NCBI RefSeq assembly: GCF_001194135.2
Contig: NC_069006.1
Location: 6,935,261 to 6,999,260, forward strand
Direction: 5' to 3'
DNA from: Octopus bimaculoides
Taxonomy: Eukaryota
DNA: 64,000 bases
The notes under the pieces are model-generated. The model saw only the letters and a program-made list of their open reading frames with translations. It made no database searches and had not been told where the DNA came from. The position numbers and the translations under genes were made by a program. Positions 60,895-64,000 of this stretch are shown here, piece after piece; positions within the stretch are counted from its first letter, which is position 1, and every line of letters starts with the position of its first letter.

Positions 60895-61526
60895 TTTATT
60901 TAATTAGGTTAATCTTGAAAATAATGAGGAATTTAATAAAATAACTTTGACATTATTATGCTGGTGCTTTGAACATCTGAAATTTTGACGGAAGGTTTAA
61001 ATCATTCCAGCTTTTTTGTTACCATGTTTCTTTCTGGTGAAATCCACTTCCTTTGTTTCAATTAATTTTGAAAATAATGAATTTAGTAAAATAATTTTGT
61101 CATTTTTAAGCTGGTGTTTCAACATAAGCTAGTATAAACCAGCTTCACAACCACATGGTTCTGGGTTCAGTCCCATTGCATGGCACTTTGGGAAAAAGTC
61201 CTAGAGTTGATTTGTTCAACTAAAACCCTTCAAGGCAGTGCTCCAGCATGGCTTGCAGTCAAAAAGACTGAAACAAGTAAAAGAATAAAGTTTTGATAGA
61301 AGATTATAAATTAGATCACTTTGGAACTGAAAGTTTGTATCATGGAACCAGGGTCAGTCTTAGGTGGGTTGGGATCAAAATAATTAAGGTAAAAAAAAAT
61401 ATTAATATTTTTTAAAATTTATTTCATGATTCAGAAGTGAGTAAATATTTACAAAGTCAACTGGATTTGAAGTTTGATCTTTTGAATTTGCTATTTGGAA
61501 TGTGATTGATTGGGATCACTAGTCTG

Positions 61527-61657
61527 TCATCATCGTCATCATTTAATGTCTGCTTTCCATGCTGGCATTGGTTGGATGATTTGACTTGCCAGTCCTCACT
61601 CAAACCGTCCAACTCATGCCAGCATGGAAAGCAGACGTTAAATGATGACGATGACGA
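61527..61657. repeat. Fold-back of two family-B tails (58-bp arms, 15-nt spacer)
   Basis: TCATCATCGTCATCATTTAATGTCTGC...TTGA / TCAAACCG...GTTAAATGATGACGATGACGA. Confidence 0.85.
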
Positions 61658-61979
61658 GAGACCACTAATCCATAAATTTATGAAAGAAAAAGTTGTCTCA
61701 AAAATAAAGGACACCAAAAGGCCCCTGCTTTTGTCTCATCCCAGGTCAGCCTTTATTCGACAGAATTACGATCCAAGGAGTTGAACCCGTGTCCATCTCA
61801 TCTCTATTTCATGTTGCAGCCAGAATATCAATATATGTGTGTGCGTCTCTTTTAGATAATAAAGCCTAGTTTAAGGAAGAATTGGCTGTTATTTCTAGAA
61901 CATCAACTTTGTGAAGGCTCCTTTGTTGGTGATTGTAGTAAAGAGAGTACATAAGGCATTGGGTATATCTTAATAGATG

Positions 61980-62150
61980 CAGGCATGGCTATGTGGTTAA
62001 GGAGTTTGCTTCCCAACCATGTGGTCTCGGGTTCAGTTCCTCTGAATGATCATTTTGGCACTTGTCCTCTGCTATAGCCCTTAGTTAGCCAAAGCTTTCA
62101 TAATGGATTTGGTAGACTGAAACTGAAAGCAGCCCATTTTGTATGTATGC
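61980..62150 (+). mobile_element. SINE family A, 5' half
   Basis: GCAGGCATGGCTATGTGGTTAAG...GGATTTGGTAGACTGAAACTGAAAG. Confidence 0.7.
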
Positions 62151-62656
62151 ATGTGTGTGTATGTTTCCTCATCTTAATATGGCATGGTTGTCGTAAATGA
62201 GTTTCACTGTCATACAAGCAGGGTTGTTCATTTCCAATTTTCCATGAAAATGTCCATCCGTGGGGAAATATCAACTGGCTTGGAAACAGGTGATGGGTGG
62301 CAATAGGAAGCACATCCAGCCCTAAAAATCTGCCTTGATTTCTGATCCATACAAGCATAGAAAAATGAATGTAAAATGATGATGACAGTGCAATGCTAAC
62401 ATTTTGTTAGTCAATTGTTGTGGAAGGATTCTGACCACCCCTCAAGTGACTAAAAGGTGGACTGACTCATTGTTATAAAACAAAAAACTCTGAGCGATTA
62501 GCAGTTCAGTGTGAGCCTTTCATACAGAGCATTGAGTCTCGTGTAATAGTAATGTGTTTTGTATATACAATCTTTCCTTTTGCTTCATTATATTCTGTAT
62601 CCAATACAAGGATACAAACCCAACAAATACCAGAACAAAAAATACTTCTCGGTTCC

Positions 62657-62903
62657 TTAAAATACAATTTCCTGGGCAGATTCCATGTCTACTTTAGGTT
62701 TTGAACCTTTGGCTGCAAGACTTAAATCTCTTGCCCACAGATATTCACAAATTGTAGTCAACACTAATTCAATAGAAGGCACTGATCCCCTTTCCTGAGT
62801 GGTGTCTGTTAAATTCTGAATCTTCAAAACTGGGATTTCCCAATTTTGTTCAAAATTCTCAATATCTCTTTGAGTGATTTCGCTCTCATCGAATTTATCA
62901 AAT
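62657..62903 (-). CDS. CPLANE2: CPLANE2/RSG1 terminal exon
   Basis: Acceptor ttccttgacaccttccag|, phase 2; 81 codons to TAA. Confidence 0.82.
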
Positions 62904-64000
62904 CTGGAAGGTGTCAAGGAATACATAAAATGTCAAGTTTTTAATATCACCAACAGTTAATGATGTATGAATGAAGCTTATTCTAGCTGTCATCAGCTGA
63001 GATAATCTCTCTTACTCTCTCTGCACAAGAATGTCAGTTTGTCACAATATAATGGAAAACCTCTTAGCCCCTTGTGGAGTATAGGGCCGATTTCCATGGC
63101 GTATGTGTTCTCTGCTAGCTGGATGGAACACCAGTCCATCGCAGCTTTTTTTTTTTTTACTCAAGAAAGAGTGAGAGAAAGCTGGGGCGAAAGAGTACAA
63201 CAGGGGTTGCCACCACCCCCTGCCGGAGCCTCGTGGAGCTTTTAGGTGTTTTTGCTCAATAAACACACATAACGCCCAGTCTCGGAATCGAAACTGCGAT
63301 CCTCCGACCGCGAGTCCGCTGCCCTAACCACTGGGCCATTGCGCCTCCACTGTCACAATATAAACTCGTAATATAATTGTCAATTACACAAGCCTCTATT
63401 CCTTAACCCTTTTAATATTAAGATTTCTGTCAAATCTAAAGCTGATTTATTTACATTGTTTTTAATTAATCATGTATCATTTCGTAGCTTTGAGTTTTCA
63501 ATGATGTGATTGTATATATTTTTAGAATGACATTGTAGGGTAGGTGTGAGAAGCTGGATCTTGCTGGCTTGAACATAAAACAGGTAGAATAATATTTGGA
63601 TTAGATATGGCCAGTTTAAATCAATATGCTGTTGATGTAACCCACTTCCCCTCCCCTCAAAAACTGGTGGCCCTGTGCCATAATTTGAAGCCAATATTAT
63701 TAAAGGCTGTGAACTGGCAGGTCAAACTTAATAAATAGCGGCTTCCTCATTGGCTCAAGCTATGTGCTACACTTTACCATGGTACCTATTTATCAGTAAA
63801 AGGAGTGAACATTTGACAAGTGTTTTTACTGAAGAGCCAGTCACTTGCCTCTCTATTCATGTCACTCACTAATGATACTAATTCATTGAAAAGGATATTT
63901 GGTTCCAACAGCAATGCGGCAGATGTCATCACCAAGTTCTGTGAATCGACAGATCATCTGAGAGAGGTCATCAAAACTACTTTTGTCAACGAGTGAGAAG
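62657..64000 (-). CDS. CPLANE2: Ciliogenesis and planar polarity effector 2 (RSG1, Rab-like small GTPase), last two coding exons; the gene continues beyond the window
   Basis: 63899-64000 reads FSLVDKSSFDDLSQMICRFTELGDDICRIAVGT(K) and 62657-62903 reads FDKFDESEITQRDIENFEQNWEIPVLKIQ...VLTTICEYLWARDLSLAA...F*. These match recalled human FSFTDRASFEDL...RMVIGSK-FDQYMHTDVPERDLTAFRQAWELPLLRV...LAEQLWHQD. No database search was run. Confidence 0.82.
62904..63898 (-). other. U12-type (minor spliceosome) intron with AT...AG termini, 995 nt
   Basis: 5' end ATATCCTTT matches the U12 donor consensus RTATCCTTT; TTCCTTGAC branch motif sits ~10 nt before the terminal AG; the junction restores GTK-FD. Confidence 0.8.
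63053..63350 (-). mobile_element. tRNA-Arg-like SINE with a 13-bp target-site duplication
   Basis: Reverse complement head GGCGCAATGGCCCAGTGGTTAGGGCAGCGGACTCGCGGTC...TTTCGATTCC (loop CTCGCGG, anticodon TCG); TGTCACAATATAA at 63040-63052 and 63351-63363. Confidence 0.85.
63899..64000 (-). CDS. CPLANE2: CPLANE2/RSG1 penultimate exon (partial; runs off the window)
   Basis: Open frame with the small-GTPase FS.TD..SF..L helix and the VGTK (G4-like) motif; ends AA|ATATCCTTT. Confidence 0.8.

Overview
AT-rich, repeat-dense eukaryotic (animal) genomic DNA with nine N-gaps. The repeat families look octopus/cephalopod; that assignment is inference from recalled repeat sequence. I read three protein-coding genes by hand from splice sites; the supplied ORF track is mostly repeat or gap artefact. 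(1) DNAJC11 on +: 16 clear coding exons from 211 to 51739 plus a probable 17th terminal exon at ~58019 broken by a 10-N gap (~554 aa; J-domain HPD, C-terminal DUF3395-type GFYDPC motif). (2) A complete 7-exon, 595-aa MADF-MADF-BESS transcription-factor gene (25438-36418) nested on the SAME strand inside the 22-kb DNAJC11 intron 6. Its ATG exon is preceded by a splice-acceptor-like sequence in phase with DNAJC11 exon 6. (3) The last two exons of a convergent CPLANE2/RSG1-like GTPase on - (63899-64000, 62657-62903), joined by a U12-type intron with unusual AT-AG ends. The introns are filled with tRNA-derived SINEs, (GAT)n-tailed retroposon ends, piggyBac-, hAT-, mariner- and Tigger-like MITEs, and micro- and minisatellites. 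Notable non-coding structures: minimal hammerhead-ribozyme-like motifs (Penelope-type) at three loci, including a 186-bp palindrome and a tRNA-headed SINE, and a tRNA-like cloverleaf set in a 55-bp inverted repeat. No CRISPR, rRNA or confidently functional tRNA was found.
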